From: Marinicella sp.
GTDB taxonomy: Bacteria > Pseudomonadota > Gammaproteobacteria > Xanthomonadales > Marinicellaceae
NCBI GenBank assembly: GCA_965230295.1
Contig: OZ246001.1
Span: forward strand, 1,024,001 to 1,088,000
Direction of reading: 5' to 3'
DNA length: 64,000 bases
In this document: piece after piece, positions 18,790 to 30,000 of the stretch
Layout of the letters: the number at the start of each line of letters is the position of its first letter
Numbering within the stretch: position 1 is the stretch's first letter
Notes under the pieces: model-generated
The model's input: only the letters and a program-made list of their open reading frames with translations
Told to the model about the DNA's origin: nothing
Database searches by the model: none
Translations under genes and position numbers: made by a program

Positions 18790-20586
18790 ATGAACATATT
18801 CGCCAAAAAGTATTACGATGCAAGCCAAATAAAAAAAGCGCCCAAATCATATTCACCGATCAAAACGGATCACAGTAGGCAAAAAACTGCAGCCAAGGGG
18901 TTGTCATTATCCACCCATCAACCACAACTCAAAGGCACTTTGCCAACACCCAACCTGACCCACCGAATCATGAGCAAGATGGCTTTCGGGCCCAGTGATG
19001 CTGACACCAATCACATCAATTCACTACCAGGTGCCACTGAAATGGATCGAGTCCTGGCCTATATTGATGAACAGCTGGATCCTGCCAGCATAGATGACAG
19101 CGCTGTCGACACGATGCTAACCCAAGGGTTTGCCACTTTGAACAAAACCCAACAACAGTTGTTCCAGGAACACAACCACCTCCCGGATGGAGGCGACATC
19201 CCGTGGGATATACACATCTTACCTGGCAGAGAAACCAGTTACGCTGCATTCATCAGGGGCATCAACAGCAAACGTCAGTTGTTTGAAATGATGGCTGATT
19301 TTTGGCACAACCATTTCAACGTATACCTGGATGGAGACAATGTTCAACCGATGTTCGTGCATTATGACCGTGACGTCATCAGGCCCAATGCCCTGGGTAA
19401 CTTCCGAGACATGCTGTATGAAGTCACCCGATCTAACTGCATGCTTTCTTACTTGGGTAACGGCGTCAATGAACAATCCGCACCGAATGAAAACTTCGCC
19501 AGGGAACTGCTTGAACTTCACACCATCAGCGCCAAAAATTATTATGGCCACATGCCATGGCAAGATGTGCCTACTGATGGCCAAGGCAGACGCGTCGGTT
19601 ATGTGGAAGCAGATGTGGTTGAATTGGCGCGGGCCTTGACTGGTTGGTCTTTTTTTGGTGCCAGTTGGGAAGATTACGATTACTTATATAACCCACCCGT
19701 CAATATCAGCCTGGCTCCTACCGGGCTGTTTTTATTCAGACCTGACTGGCATGACCAAGGAGTCAAGCGGGTGATGGGTACTGACTTTTTTTATGACTCC
19801 AACGACGAAGAAAAAGACCTCAATGACATTTTAGACATGTTGGCTGAGCACCCGGCCACCGCTGAATTTTTGGCCACCAAGTTATGCAAAAGATTCATTG
19901 CAGATGAACCGCCTGCAAACATCGTAACTCAGGTTGCAGATGCCTTACACCAAAACTGGCAAGCCAGTGATCAAATCAAACAGGCCATGGAGGTGTTACT
20001 GAAATCTACAGCGTTTTTAAACACCTGGGGCGAGAAAATCAAACGTCCTTTTGAACGCACCATTGCTGCCATGAGACAGATTGAGTATGGTTTCGATTTC
20101 AACCCCACCAATGAATACTCCAGCTGGCATCATTGGGGGTTTCAAGACTCTGGTCAGCCACCATTTGGCTGGACCTCTCCTGATGGTTATCCTGACTTCA
20201 AGTCTCATTGGTTGGGCGCATCCAGTAACATGTCGACCTGGAAATTCATTCAATGGATCAGCCAATTCAGAGATGGTAATAATAATGACGACCCTTTCAA
20301 CAACATCTTAAACATAACAGCCAGTGGCATTCCAAACGCCAATGACCGCACAGCCAATAACATCGTCAATTTTTGGTATGAGAAGGCTTTGGGTTTTCCA
20401 CCTGAAACAGTCGTCCAGGACAAGTTGGCTGAATTCATGTCATATGATGACAACACCAATCCTGTTGGTACCGATCGTGATACGCCAATAGATATCTATC
20501 AAAATAACTGGCCCGGGTATAACACCGAACGTTTGTTTGCCGTGGTATCAACCATCTTTCTGACAGCTGATTTCAGCTACCGATAA
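18790..20586 (+). CDS. DUF1800 family protein
   Basis: RQLFEMMADFWHNHFNV, IRPNALGNF, PNENFARELLELHT, LARALTGW, HPATAEF, PDGYPD. Confidence 0.92.
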   Translation: MNIFAKKYYDASQIKKAPKSYSPIKTDHSRQKTAAKGLSLSTHQPQLKGTLPTPNLTHRIMSKMAFGPSDADTNHINSLPGATEMDRVLAYIDEQLDPASIDDSAVDTMLTQGFATLNKTQQQLFQEHNHLPDGGDIPWDIHILPGRETSYAAFIRGINSKRQLFEMMADFWHNHFNVYLDGDNVQPMFVHYDRDVIRPNALGNFRDMLYEVTRSNCMLSYLGNGVNEQSAPNENFARELLELHTISAKNYYGHMPWQDVPTDGQGRRVGYVEADVVELARALTGWSFFGASWEDYDYLYNPPVNISLAPTGLFLFRPDWHDQGVKRVMGTDFFYDSNDEEKDLNDILDMLAEHPATAEFLATKLCKRFIADEPPANIVTQVADALHQNWQASDQIKQAMEVLLKSTAFLNTWGEKIKRPFERTIAAMRQIEYGFDFNPTNEYSSWHHWGFQDSGQPPFGWTSPDGYPDFKSHWLGASSNMSTWKFIQWISQFRDGNNNDDPFNNILNITASGIPNANDRTANNIVNFWYEKALGFPPETVVQDKLAEFMSYDDNTNPVGTDRDTPIDIYQNNWPGYNTERLFAVVSTIFLTADFSYR

Positions 20587-20596
20587 GGAGACTAAC

Positions 20597-21925
20597 ATGA
20601 AAAAAATCAACAGAAGAAATTTCCTCAAAGGTACCGGATTGGTCAGTGTCGCAGGATTGGGAGGCCTACAACTTGGCTTCGCCAACACCCTGTTGAAAGG
20701 TGGTTCGGGTGGCTCTGGTCGCGACTTATTGGTCTACGTCTTCCTGAATGGCGGCATGGACGGATTGAATATGGTGCCACCACGCTCAGGCCCAGATTAC
20801 ACCCAATACCGGGACGTTTTACGACCAAATCTACACATACCCAATTCAATGTCGTTGCCACTGAATGGTCAAAACAGTTTTGGCATGCACCCATCCGCAA
20901 CCGGTCTGGCAAACCTGTTCAATGACGACAAAATGGCCATCATCCATGCCACAGGCTTGGTAGAAGCCAACCGGTCACATTTTGAGGCGACCCGATTTAT
21001 GGAATTGGGTTCACAAAGCAGTACATCGTTAGGCTCAGGTTGGTTAACCCGCTACTTTAACTCATCCCTTCATACACCTGATGATGCCGTGATGCCATCG
21101 ATAGTGCCCTCCTATAACAACACCGATGCCGTTCTGGGTGACCCCACAGCTTTGGTGATGGCCAACCCTCAGGAGTTCAGCTTATCCGATGGCCATTGGG
21201 CATGGGAAGACACCATGCAAGATATCCTGACTCAAGTCAGTAACAACCCAACCACTTTAGAACAATTGGTGGCGAATCAAACCTTGAACGCCTCAGCCAT
21301 CATCCAAGCGATCGATTGGGGCAATTACGTGCCGGGCAATAACGCAGTTTACCCTGAAAGCTTTTTCGGCGAACAGTTGAGGACGGTGGCCCAATTGTTC
21401 AAGAATGATGTTGATCTAGAAGTGGCCTATGTACCAACAGGTGGTTGGGACACGCACACCGGTCAAGGCACAGGCACCAGTGGTCAATTTGCTGACTTAG
21501 CCGGCAATTTATCCGATGGGCTTTATGCCTTGTATCAAGACCTGACTGCCTCACACAACGGCAGATTCACCATCGTTGTTCAGTCAGAGTTTGGTCGCAG
21601 GGCTTATGAGAACAGTGACATCAGTACCGACCATGGCTATGGCAACCCGATGTTTGTCATTGGTGACGATGTCAATGGCGGCTTTTACGGCAGCTTCCCC
21701 GGCTTATCGCCACAACAATTGTTTGAAGGTGACGATGTTGATGTGACCGTAGACTATCGTGATGTGGTCAGTGAAGTGTTGATCAAGCGCCAACAAAACA
21801 GGTTCTTGGGTTATATTTTCCCCAACTACAGTGATTACACGCCGTTAGGTGTGGTCAACGGCTTGGACCTACCACCGATTTATGATGTCAATTATGACCC
21901 CATATTTGCCAGTGGCCTTGACTGA
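20597..21925 (+). CDS. Tat-exported DUF1501 family protein with C-terminal IFxSGLD tag
   Basis: NRRNFLK, FLNGGMDGLN, RSHF, GGWDTH, SEFGRR, TDHG, VDYRDV; ends DPIFASGLD. Confidence 0.92.
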   Translation: MKKINRRNFLKGTGLVSVAGLGGLQLGFANTLLKGGSGGSGRDLLVYVFLNGGMDGLNMVPPRSGPDYTQYRDVLRPNLHIPNSMSLPLNGQNSFGMHPSATGLANLFNDDKMAIIHATGLVEANRSHFEATRFMELGSQSSTSLGSGWLTRYFNSSLHTPDDAVMPSIVPSYNNTDAVLGDPTALVMANPQEFSLSDGHWAWEDTMQDILTQVSNNPTTLEQLVANQTLNASAIIQAIDWGNYVPGNNAVYPESFFGEQLRTVAQLFKNDVDLEVAYVPTGGWDTHTGQGTGTSGQFADLAGNLSDGLYALYQDLTASHNGRFTIVVQSEFGRRAYENSDISTDHGYGNPMFVIGDDVNGGFYGSFPGLSPQQLFEGDDVDVTVDYRDVVSEVLIKRQQNRFLGYIFPNYSDYTPLGVVNGLDLPPIYDVNYDPIFASGLD

Positions 21926-21927
21926 CT

Positions 21928-22800
21928 TCACTTGATCTTCCAGGCATCAACCCAACGGGTTGAAACGGGCACCATGTCAAAGTCATTGATCAGACGTTGG
22001 TGAAAATCTGCCAAGTGGGCAGCCCCATAAAAAATGGCGAAAGATTGTGCGTCTTTCGCCATTTCTTTCCTCAAAACGTACAATGCCTTTTTATTTCTTT
22101 CAGCCACCAAGGTAGATCCTTCTGGCCCTTCAAGGGCTTTCATCACACCATCTGAGTTGGCCAATTCTTTGGCCATCAAGTCTTTCAGTGCATTCTGGCG
22201 GTCTGAGGACATCAAAGCCATGATCAAATCAAAATCGCTTGCGGTGGATTGGCCACTGAGTTGTTGTGACAAACTGGCACGCCACAAATTAAATGCCATA
22301 CTGAACAGTGATTCGCCTTTGTCTTCCATACTTTGCTTGAATTCTTCAGGAGTGAAATCGGCATGTACAAAATGTTTGGCCGTATAATCAACTTCCTCCA
22401 TTTGGTAAGACAAACCCAAAACATCTTTCAACCCGGTCTGAATACTGGATAACATGTTTTTACTTTCCACCCCACCTTTGGGAATGTAAGTACCTTCAGG
22501 GGCCACCAACTCATACAACACCTTGTCGTAAGTTTTGAACAAGGCATTCAAGTCTTGGTAATACTGCTTATCACCCACATGAACTGCACCCACCAAATCA
22601 ACGGTTTGTGGACCACCCGCCCTTGGCTTGTATCGCACCACTGACACCTGTAAAGCTTTGTTGCCAGGCTCGTTCACATATTTAATGAATTCAGGTGTTT
22701 CTGCACTGACCTCATCCAACTGATAAGCCAATGCATGGTTTACCAACACAAGAGTCGTTGCCAGAAAGGCGATTTGACAATAAGATTTAAATGTCGTCAT
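21928..22800 (-). CDS. Exported hypothetical protein, possibly TraB/GumN-like fold
   Basis: Signal peptide; LVGAVH, VLYE, ERN, FYGAAH motifs resemble the TraB/GumN superfamily. Confidence 0.6.
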   Translation of the reverse strand: MTTFKSYCQIAFLATTLVLVNHALAYQLDEVSAETPEFIKYVNEPGNKALQVSVVRYKPRAGGPQTVDLVGAVHVGDKQYYQDLNALFKTYDKVLYELVAPEGTYIPKGGVESKNMLSSIQTGLKDVLGLSYQMEEVDYTAKHFVHADFTPEEFKQSMEDKGESLFSMAFNLWRASLSQQLSGQSTASDFDLIMALMSSDRQNALKDLMAKELANSDGVMKALEGPEGSTLVAERNKKALYVLRKEMAKDAQSFAIFYGAAHLADFHQRLINDFDMVPVSTRWVDAWKIK

Positions 22801-22847
22801 ATAGGCTGAAATTACGGTTAACTGATATCAGATGTAAGGGCAAAAGC

Positions 22848-23051
22848 TCAAGCATCAATATCTGGGATCAACATATTTTCATAACAAATCAACATGTCTT
22901 TGATCAATAACTTGCGTTTTTTCAGGCGTTTAATTTTCAACTCATCCACCTCACCTGAATTGATCAACACCCCAATGATCTCATCGAGCTCCCGGTGCTC
23001 GTTTTCTAGTTCTGTCATGCGATGAACAATTTCACTTTGACTTAATGTCAT
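22848..23051 (-). CDS. DUF465 / YdcH family small coiled-coil protein
   Basis: EHRELDEII...IKRLKKRKLLIKD...PDIDA. Confidence 0.88.
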   Translation of the reverse strand: MTLSQSEIVHRMTELENEHRELDEIIGVLINSGEVDELKIKRLKKRKLLIKDMLICYENMLIPDIDA

Positions 23052-23186
23052 GTAATTTCTGAAATAATGATTGATTGTTAGAAAATTTTACCCTATCGCT
23101 CACCACATTTCTCGGTAAATCATCAATATGCTTAAAGACAACAAAAAAATCTAAAACTTGACCACAAACTCAGACACAGAATGGCC
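23050..23186 (+). repeat. 137-bp direct repeat of the ttcA upstream region and 5' end (left, decayed copy)
   Basis: Aligns with 25433-25569; contains ATGCTTAAAGACAAC (ttcA start) then TAA after 8 codons. Confidence 0.88.
23128..23186 (+). pseudogene. ttcA 5' fragment (about 20 codons; premature stop and frameshift)
   Basis: MLKDNKKI* versus [20 protein letters not shown] of the intact ttcA. Confidence 0.75.
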
Positions 23187-23226
23187 GCAACATGAAAGGC
23201 ACTGCTTAATGGCTCATCTAACAATC

Positions 23227-24918
23227 TCATAATGCTTCAATATAATCAAAAAAGGGGTCAACACCATTCATGAAATCATTGTATGTTGGGGCAGTTAAAA
23301 CAACATCAGGCACTAAGTGGTCAGGATCCCCACTGACTGTCTCAAACCTTCGCGTCGAATATTGCACCATTGTCGTTGAATTGTTTAATCTGAAATTCCT
23401 GACTTCTCCAAAATGATTCGGTTTGCCCCCAGTAGGCAGACCAACCAACTGAGCTTGGGTTGTTTGGTCAAACTGTATGGCATTCAACAAGCCCGATGAA
23501 AAAGTTCCTTGGCTAATAATGACAAACAACCGGTTTGGATCATTAAAAGGAGAATTGGATGCCGCAAAAGTAGAAATCCAATTGCTTAACAGAGCCGAGT
23601 TGCCTCCTGTATTACTGCGCAAGTCGACTACAATTTTATTGGGTTGCAGATTGAAAGCTGTGTTTGATAACCGATTCAGAAAATCATTAAAGGGGTCATT
23701 TGATGATTCTACAGCTTGGTTATAGGCAAAATAGAGAATGTCAGAATTTTGAAGGTATGTAAACCAGTAGTTTGCTTCATTTTGTAAATACAGAGGTACA
23801 GGGATATTCAATTCAGAATACACTGAAAACAATTCAGTCATTTGACCAGAGTCCACCGATTTAACCACATGATCAGTTGCAACTCCAAACCGATCGATAA
23901 CTTCGAAACTCGCTTCAGTGGAATCACTTATGACATTCAAATATTCAAGGACTTTGGGGATGAGCATGTAACTCATTGAACGGTACTGCAACCAGGCTGA
24001 ATTTTCATGTGAAATAACCCGCCCCAATTGCTGTTCTATAACTTCAAGATCAACCCCGTTAATGGATTGAATCCTGCTGCCTAAAAGCGACCGGTATTCT
24101 CCTGTCGACTGACTGACAATCAATCCTGTATCAATGCGACTGAGCACCAAGGGAAAACGTTTGCTGTCATCAATCAATACATTGGTATGAGAATCTCCAA
24201 TTAAGGCCACAAGCTCCGAGAAGGCCACATCAATCAATTCGTCAGGCAAAGCATTCAGCTGATTGGCAAGCATGAAAGTTCTGGACTCAAACTCATCTTG
24301 CTGAATCTGATTGAATGGCTCTGGGTGTAAATCAATCAGTTCTGAAGTCATCTGGTTCAGGTCTTCGCTGTTCTTGAGCAATTCTTGAGTACAATTTAAT
24401 GTAGCAATTGAAGTCAATCGAGTAATCGGGTGTGAGCCGGCATCAAACCCTTCTATTTCCGGGAACCAACTTAATGTTCCATCATTACAATCTTCAAACG
24501 TCAATGTGACCCGGCCCCATTCCTGAATGACTACCGACTGTGGCGGCGGCATACTTGGGAAAAAGCCTCCTTCTGTTAAGTATGCTGTTAATTCAATGGT
24601 GTTTTGCTGAACACCACCCAGCCCTGTTAGCCAATATTGTTTCCCTTCATTGTCATATAAAAACCAGGCTGCAAGTATCCTGTTATCATCTAAAAATTCA
24701 ATAAAAATTCCTTGGCCTGAATTATCTGGATCGAAATAAGCACCACTCCAGGTCTGATTCAATAACGGGACTGGATCAGTTTTGATCATGGTGTCAGCAC
24801 GACAATCCAACTCTGAACCAATACAAGGATCACTGGTTAAGTTTGATAGTGCAGGTAAAGCCCAGATAAGCAAGGCCAGACCCCATTTAATGTTTGTGAT
24901 TTTATACATAATCATCAC
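23227..24918 (-). CDS. Exported S41-family peptidase-like protein with N-terminal GxWxDP module
   Basis: Signal peptide; DSHT, VDLRSNTGG, TFSSG, GLPTGG (S41 motifs); N-terminal SGAYFDPDNSGQG domain. Confidence 0.8.
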   Translation of the reverse strand: MMIMYKITNIKWGLALLIWALPALSNLTSDPCIGSELDCRADTMIKTDPVPLLNQTWSGAYFDPDNSGQGIFIEFLDDNRILAAWFLYDNEGKQYWLTGLGGVQQNTIELTAYLTEGGFFPSMPPPQSVVIQEWGRVTLTFEDCNDGTLSWFPEIEGFDAGSHPITRLTSIATLNCTQELLKNSEDLNQMTSELIDLHPEPFNQIQQDEFESRTFMLANQLNALPDELIDVAFSELVALIGDSHTNVLIDDSKRFPLVLSRIDTGLIVSQSTGEYRSLLGSRIQSINGVDLEVIEQQLGRVISHENSAWLQYRSMSYMLIPKVLEYLNVISDSTEASFEVIDRFGVATDHVVKSVDSGQMTELFSVYSELNIPVPLYLQNEANYWFTYLQNSDILYFAYNQAVESSNDPFNDFLNRLSNTAFNLQPNKIVVDLRSNTGGNSALLSNWISTFAASNSPFNDPNRLFVIISQGTFSSGLLNAIQFDQTTQAQLVGLPTGGKPNHFGEVRNFRLNNSTTMVQYSTRRFETVSGDPDHLVPDVVLTAPTYNDFMNGVDPFFDYIEAL

Positions 24919-25276
24919 CTCTCAAAAAAGCCAACACTAACCAAGACGAATATTCAAAAGTGTCTAAAACCGCATGAGGTTTTCCGTCAAGACCCAAGCA
25001 ATCATTGTAAAAAATGTACCCATTAATCTTGAATATTTTGCTCTGTTTTTTTCATTCTTCTTGCGACACTTTCGGCCCATATCTCGTCTTATTTAGTATG
25101 AATCGTACCATTTGTATCTAATAATCATGACCAAAACAATGAATAATTTCAATACAATTATTTAAATACTCACCATTCACTGGTAATTATTTCATGCCAA
25201 AGTGGATTACAAAGTCAATCAGGATTAAGACACATGACTCCAGATTTATGGATGGAAGACACCAAACACCACACTC

Positions 25277-25393
25277 AGACATGAAACACGAACTTGAGGT
25301 CAAATAAGAGTTAGAGGATGCTGGTTTTTTTGTGCAACAAAAAAGAAGGCATTTCTGACCACTCTCCAGAATGGAGCCCCAAGAACATTCCTT
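25277..25393 (+). repeat. Degenerate family-B repeat (3' part)
   Basis: Ends AATGGAGCCCCAAGAACATTCCTT, identical to the 3' end of 12686-12835; contains a TTTTTTGT/ACAAAAAA hairpin. Confidence 0.6.
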
Positions 25394-25432
25394 CAGTTGA
25401 GATGAAGTCACTCCAATCATGATACTTTTGTG

Positions 25433-25569
25433 ATGTATTTTTGAAATAATGATTGATTGTTAGAAAACTTTACCCTATCGTTCACCACATTCCTCGGTAA
25501 ATCGTTAATATGCTTAAAGACAACAGCAAAATCAACCAACTTGAGCATAAGCTCAGGCGTCAAATGGCC
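25433..25569 (+). repeat. 137-bp direct repeat (right copy: functional ttcA upstream region and 5' end)
   Basis: Aligns with 23050-23186. Confidence 0.88.
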
Positions 25570-26319
25570 AAAGCCTCTGGTGATTTTGGCTTGTTGGAAG
25601 CCGGTGATCGCATCATGGTTTGTTTGTCTGGTGGCAAAGATTCCTACGCGATGTTATCGCTGTTGCAATTGATTCAGAAAAAAGCCCCTTTTAAGTTTGA
25701 TTTGCTGGCAGTTAACTTGGACCAGAAACAACCTGGGTTTCCTGAACATGTTCTGCCTGACTACCTGGCAACCCAAAACATCGAACATAAAATCATTGAA
25801 GAAGACACCTATTCGATCGTCAAAGAAATCATTCCTGAAGGCAAAACCACCTGTGGATTGTGTTCCAGATTGCGGCGCGGCATCCTATATCGTGTGGCCG
25901 ATGAACTGAACTGCAACAAGATCGCTTTGGGCCACCACCAGGATGACATGGTCGAAACCTTGTTTTTGAACATGTTTTTCGGTGCCAAGATGAAAACCAT
26001 GCCACCCAAGCTGCTCAGTGATGACGGCCAACATGTGGTCATCAGGCCCATGGCCTACATCAGGGAAAAAGACCTCATCAGCTATGCCGAGTACAAAGCC
26101 TACCCGATCATCCCTTGTAACCTGTGTGGTTCCCAAGAAAACCTGCAACGTCAGGCCATCAAGCACATGTTACAGCAATGGGACCAGATCAACCCCGGGC
26201 GGGTAGACAACATTGCCAAAGCGATGTGTCACATCACCCCTTCTCATATGTGTGATCCAGAGCTGTTTGATTTTAAAGGTTTGTCACAAGAACATTTCTT
26301 AAAACTGATTAAAAACTAA
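25510..26319 (+). CDS. ttcA: tRNA 2-thiocytidine(32) synthetase
   Basis: SGGKDS PP-loop, [34 protein letters not shown]. Confidence 0.97.
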   Translation: MLKDNSKINQLEHKLRRQMAKASGDFGLLEAGDRIMVCLSGGKDSYAMLSLLQLIQKKAPFKFDLLAVNLDQKQPGFPEHVLPDYLATQNIEHKIIEEDTYSIVKEIIPEGKTTCGLCSRLRRGILYRVADELNCNKIALGHHQDDMVETLFLNMFFGAKMKTMPPKLLSDDGQHVVIRPMAYIREKDLISYAEYKAYPIIPCNLCGSQENLQRQAIKHMLQQWDQINPGRVDNIAKAMCHITPSHMCDPELFDFKGLSQEHFLKLIKN

Positions 26320-27021
26320 ATGAGAACAAAACCAATTAATTCATATCTTACTGGTCTATTAGCTATTCTATTGACTTCCGTTTCTGCAAACGCCCAGGAA
26401 GACACGGGTATCAATGAAGCACGCCACGATTCTTTTTGGCACGGGTTCAATGAAGGGTGTATTGGCAGGGATATTTATTGGGACGTGTTTTATTTTGACT
26501 ACGACACAAATTTATCGTACAGAAGTTTTACGGTTGGCATGAAACCCGATTCAAACAACGGTCCTTCATTCATTGCCAGACTAGATACTGGGCTTTCAGG
26601 ACAAACATTCGGTGAAACTAAGAACAATCCTGAGACTTTATTTCTGGCTTGGTCGTTGCCATATGCCACTTGCATTGTAAAAACAAACTTCCAGGCTTGT
26701 CCTCAAGCAAAACTGGCATACAACAAATTACAAAACACAAAATTGTCACTGAATGAAGATTTTGACAAAAGACCTGGTATGTTTGTCTTGCATTACACCA
26801 CTTTTAACATGCAGCAAAGAGATGGTTCAGGTCAATTCAATGACTGGGAAGTCACCTCTGGCGATACTGATTTGGAAGCTGCTATTTATGCGGTCGCAAA
26901 AGACACTCTTCAGTGCAGTCAAAAGGCTGTTGATGATTTATTCAAAAGATTAAAGATTGATGCGAATCATGGCAACTACAAAGCGCACAACAAACGGTTT
27001 CATATAAAACCACCCAACTGA
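26320..27021 (+). CDS. Exported hypothetical protein
   Basis: 233-aa ORF abutting ttcA; Sec signal (ANA-Q); 4 Cys; no recognised family. Confidence 0.7.
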   Translation: MRTKPINSYLTGLLAILLTSVSANAQEDTGINEARHDSFWHGFNEGCIGRDIYWDVFYFDYDTNLSYRSFTVGMKPDSNNGPSFIARLDTGLSGQTFGETKNNPETLFLAWSLPYATCIVKTNFQACPQAKLAYNKLQNTKLSLNEDFDKRPGMFVLHYTTFNMQQRDGSGQFNDWEVTSGDTDLEAAIYAVAKDTLQCSQKAVDDLFKRLKIDANHGNYKAHNKRFHIKPPN

Positions 27022-27066
27022 ATCAGTCACTAAACGAAAGCCTCAAGACAATCATTGCTTAGAAGG

Positions 27067-30000
27067 TCATTGCGGTTCAAATCTGTCGACAAAAATCCCT
27101 TCGACAAAGGGGTAATAAATGCCCATCGTATCTAAATTGCGAGTGCCAATCCAACCACCCCAGACAATCATTTCAGACCCCGTCCATGTGGCTGAATGAA
27201 AGGTCCTGGCTTGGGGCACCCATTCAAGGTCAGTGGGCAGCCAGCGATCTGTACTCGGGTTGTAACTGCCACCGGTGTCGGAATTGCCATTGGTTAAACC
27301 ACCCCAAATGACCATTTCTTTCCCGGTCCAAATATTGGAATTGTAGTTTCTTGCTGTTGGCGCATTTGCCGTTGTCATGGTTGTCCATTCGTCAGTCATT
27401 GTGTTGTACTTGGCTCCTGTGTTTAATGAATCCTGATTGAGCCCTCCCCAAACCATCACTTCACCGTCAAACCAAATTAATTGGTGATGCCTTCTCGCTT
27501 CTGGCGCTCCTGCTGTGTTCATGCTGCGCCAACTGTCTGTGGTCGGGTCATAACGACCGCCCTCGTTGCTTATGACACCCGATAAGCTGCCACCCCAGAC
27601 CACCATTTCATTGTCGGTCCAGACGGCACCGTGATAAAACCTCCCGGCCGGTGCATCCAGGCTGTTGATGGCTTGCCATTGATCCAAAGTTGGGTCATAG
27701 GAACTGCCGGTGTTGAGTGCACCTTGCGCTGAAGAGCCGCCCCAGACAAGCATGTGTTCGCCGTTCCAAACAGCGGTGTGAAACCTTCTGGCAGTGGGAA
27801 CATTGTTTAATGACGTGGGTAACCAAATGTTGTTTAGTGGGTCATAACGCCCCCCTGTGTCTTCATAAGTATTCCATTGCGATCCGCCCCACACGATCAT
27901 TTCAGACCCGGTCCATATGGTGGTGTGCTCATACCTACCTGATGGTGCTTGATTGTTGGTTATTGAAACCCAGCGATCTGTTGCCAGTGAGTAAAGCCCA
28001 CCCGTATCCAGGTAAGAAGTGCCTTTACCACGACCACCCCAAACCAACAGATCATTACCCGTCCATACGGCTGAATGACTGCTTCTTGCTTCTATCGCAG
28101 TTACTGTGTTCGCGGTGATAGGTGTCCAACTGTCTTCTGATGGGTTGTATCGACCACCATCGTCATGGTGTAGCGGAAATGTATCAACTTGACCACCCCA
28201 AACAACCATTTCTACACCAGTCCACACCGCCGTATGATCCTCACGTCTGCCCGGTGCCTGGACAGTAGAAATTCCATTCCAATCATCTGAAACTGGGTTA
28301 TACCTTAAGCCCGAATTCAATATGGTGTAGTTACAGCCTGGGTTATTGGGGATATCAAAACATATGGCACCACCCCACAGAATCAGTTCTTCACCGGTCC
28401 AAATCATCGAATAATTTTTTCTGGAATACGGTTCATTGATTTCCTCACTTATTTGCCAGGTGTCATCCAAAGGATCATAGATGTGTAACCGTGTGTCGAA
28501 TCCAGGACCTCCCCCGCCATAAACCATCATAACATCATCTGCCCATATGGCACCATGGTTATTTCTGGAGGTGATCGGGTTGTTGGCAATTTCAACCCAG
28601 GAATCTGTGCTGGGGTTGTAACGAGCGCCTGAATCAAGGTAACTGGTGACCACCCCATTAACCCGACTCATGCCACCCCACACAATCATGTCTTCTCCCG
28701 TCCACACTGCGGTGTGGAAATGTCTGGGAAGAGGACTGTAGCTTAGCGATGTTGTCTTCCATGTGTCACTCACAGGATCATAAATTCCACCCGTGTTGGC
28801 GGACTCAGACCCGTTTTCAGGAAGTCGCCCTCCCCAGACGATCATTTCATTTCCAGTCCAAACGGTGGTGTGTTGGTTACGTACTTCAGGCGCATTGACT
28901 GCTGACATTTCGCGCCATGTCTTGTGCAAAGGGTTATAACGTTTTCCTGTGTTGTTGACTTGATTACTGATTCCTCCCCATATCAACATTTCAGTGCCTG
29001 TCCACACAGCACTGTGTAAAAACCGTCCCGTTGGCGCATTCTCCATGGTGATCATTTCCCAAGAGTCGCTGGCTGGGCTGTATATACCGCCGGTATTGTT
29101 CAGCTCGTAATCAAAACCACCCCAAATGATCATTTCAGAGCCCGTCCATAGGGCTGAGTGCGCATACCTAGCAGTGGGTTGTTTGGGTGGTTCCCAACGG
29201 TTGCTGATCGATGAATAGTCGGCTTTTTTTGTGGCTTTGCTGTCAATTGCAGTCAATACCAAACTTGACTTAAAACTGGGTAAGGCAATGGGAAAATCTT
29301 GCAGGTTTAACCGTGCCATCCAACTTTCCAGGGATTGCTTTGGCCAAATTAACGATTGGCTGTGAATGGCCTTATCAGTCTTTTGGGTTAACTTTGTGTA
29401 GCTGAATCCTGACTGACTTTCTTCCAACAATGGCCGCTCATTCAGCTTCTCAAACATTCGCTTGAAGTCTGCAGGGCCCAGCTCAATTGTTGCGCCAAGG
29501 TCATATTTACTTTTGTGTTTTGCTTGATCACTGCTTAACAAATAGGTAACTTCACGGGTAACCACATCAGCAGATAATCCCATTGATGTGTCTAAATATT
29601 CATACAACTCATCGGTGGCTCTGTTTTTTAAATCATGATGTATCTCTTCATTGCTGTAATAGCTTTCATTAAGTAGCGAGCTCACCAAATAAGGCCTCGA
29701 CAAACACAAAGCAACTGTCTCAGGGTGATTATCAAGCGTTTGGTAGATTTGCTTCAAAGCATCGGCATCTTTGGTGTTGCGAGACATCCGGTCAATATCA
29801 GCTTGCATCAAGACTGAATTGATTTCAATGCCGAAAACATCAGCCAGAACATGTTGTTTCTTTAAACTCAATAGGGTTTGATGGTGCAGTTCCTGCTCAT
29901 CAAAAACTTCATCAAAGTGTGGTTTTTTTCCATTTTGTTTAGGCCACATTGTGTTTTGCCATTGCAACTTTTTAAGTTGAGTTTGACAATCAACCAAACT

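Noticed and set aside
27067-29200. CRISPR-like periodic DNA repeats
   Set aside because: The ~150-bp periodicity is degenerate and in frame; it encodes Kelch repeats. No cas genes are present.
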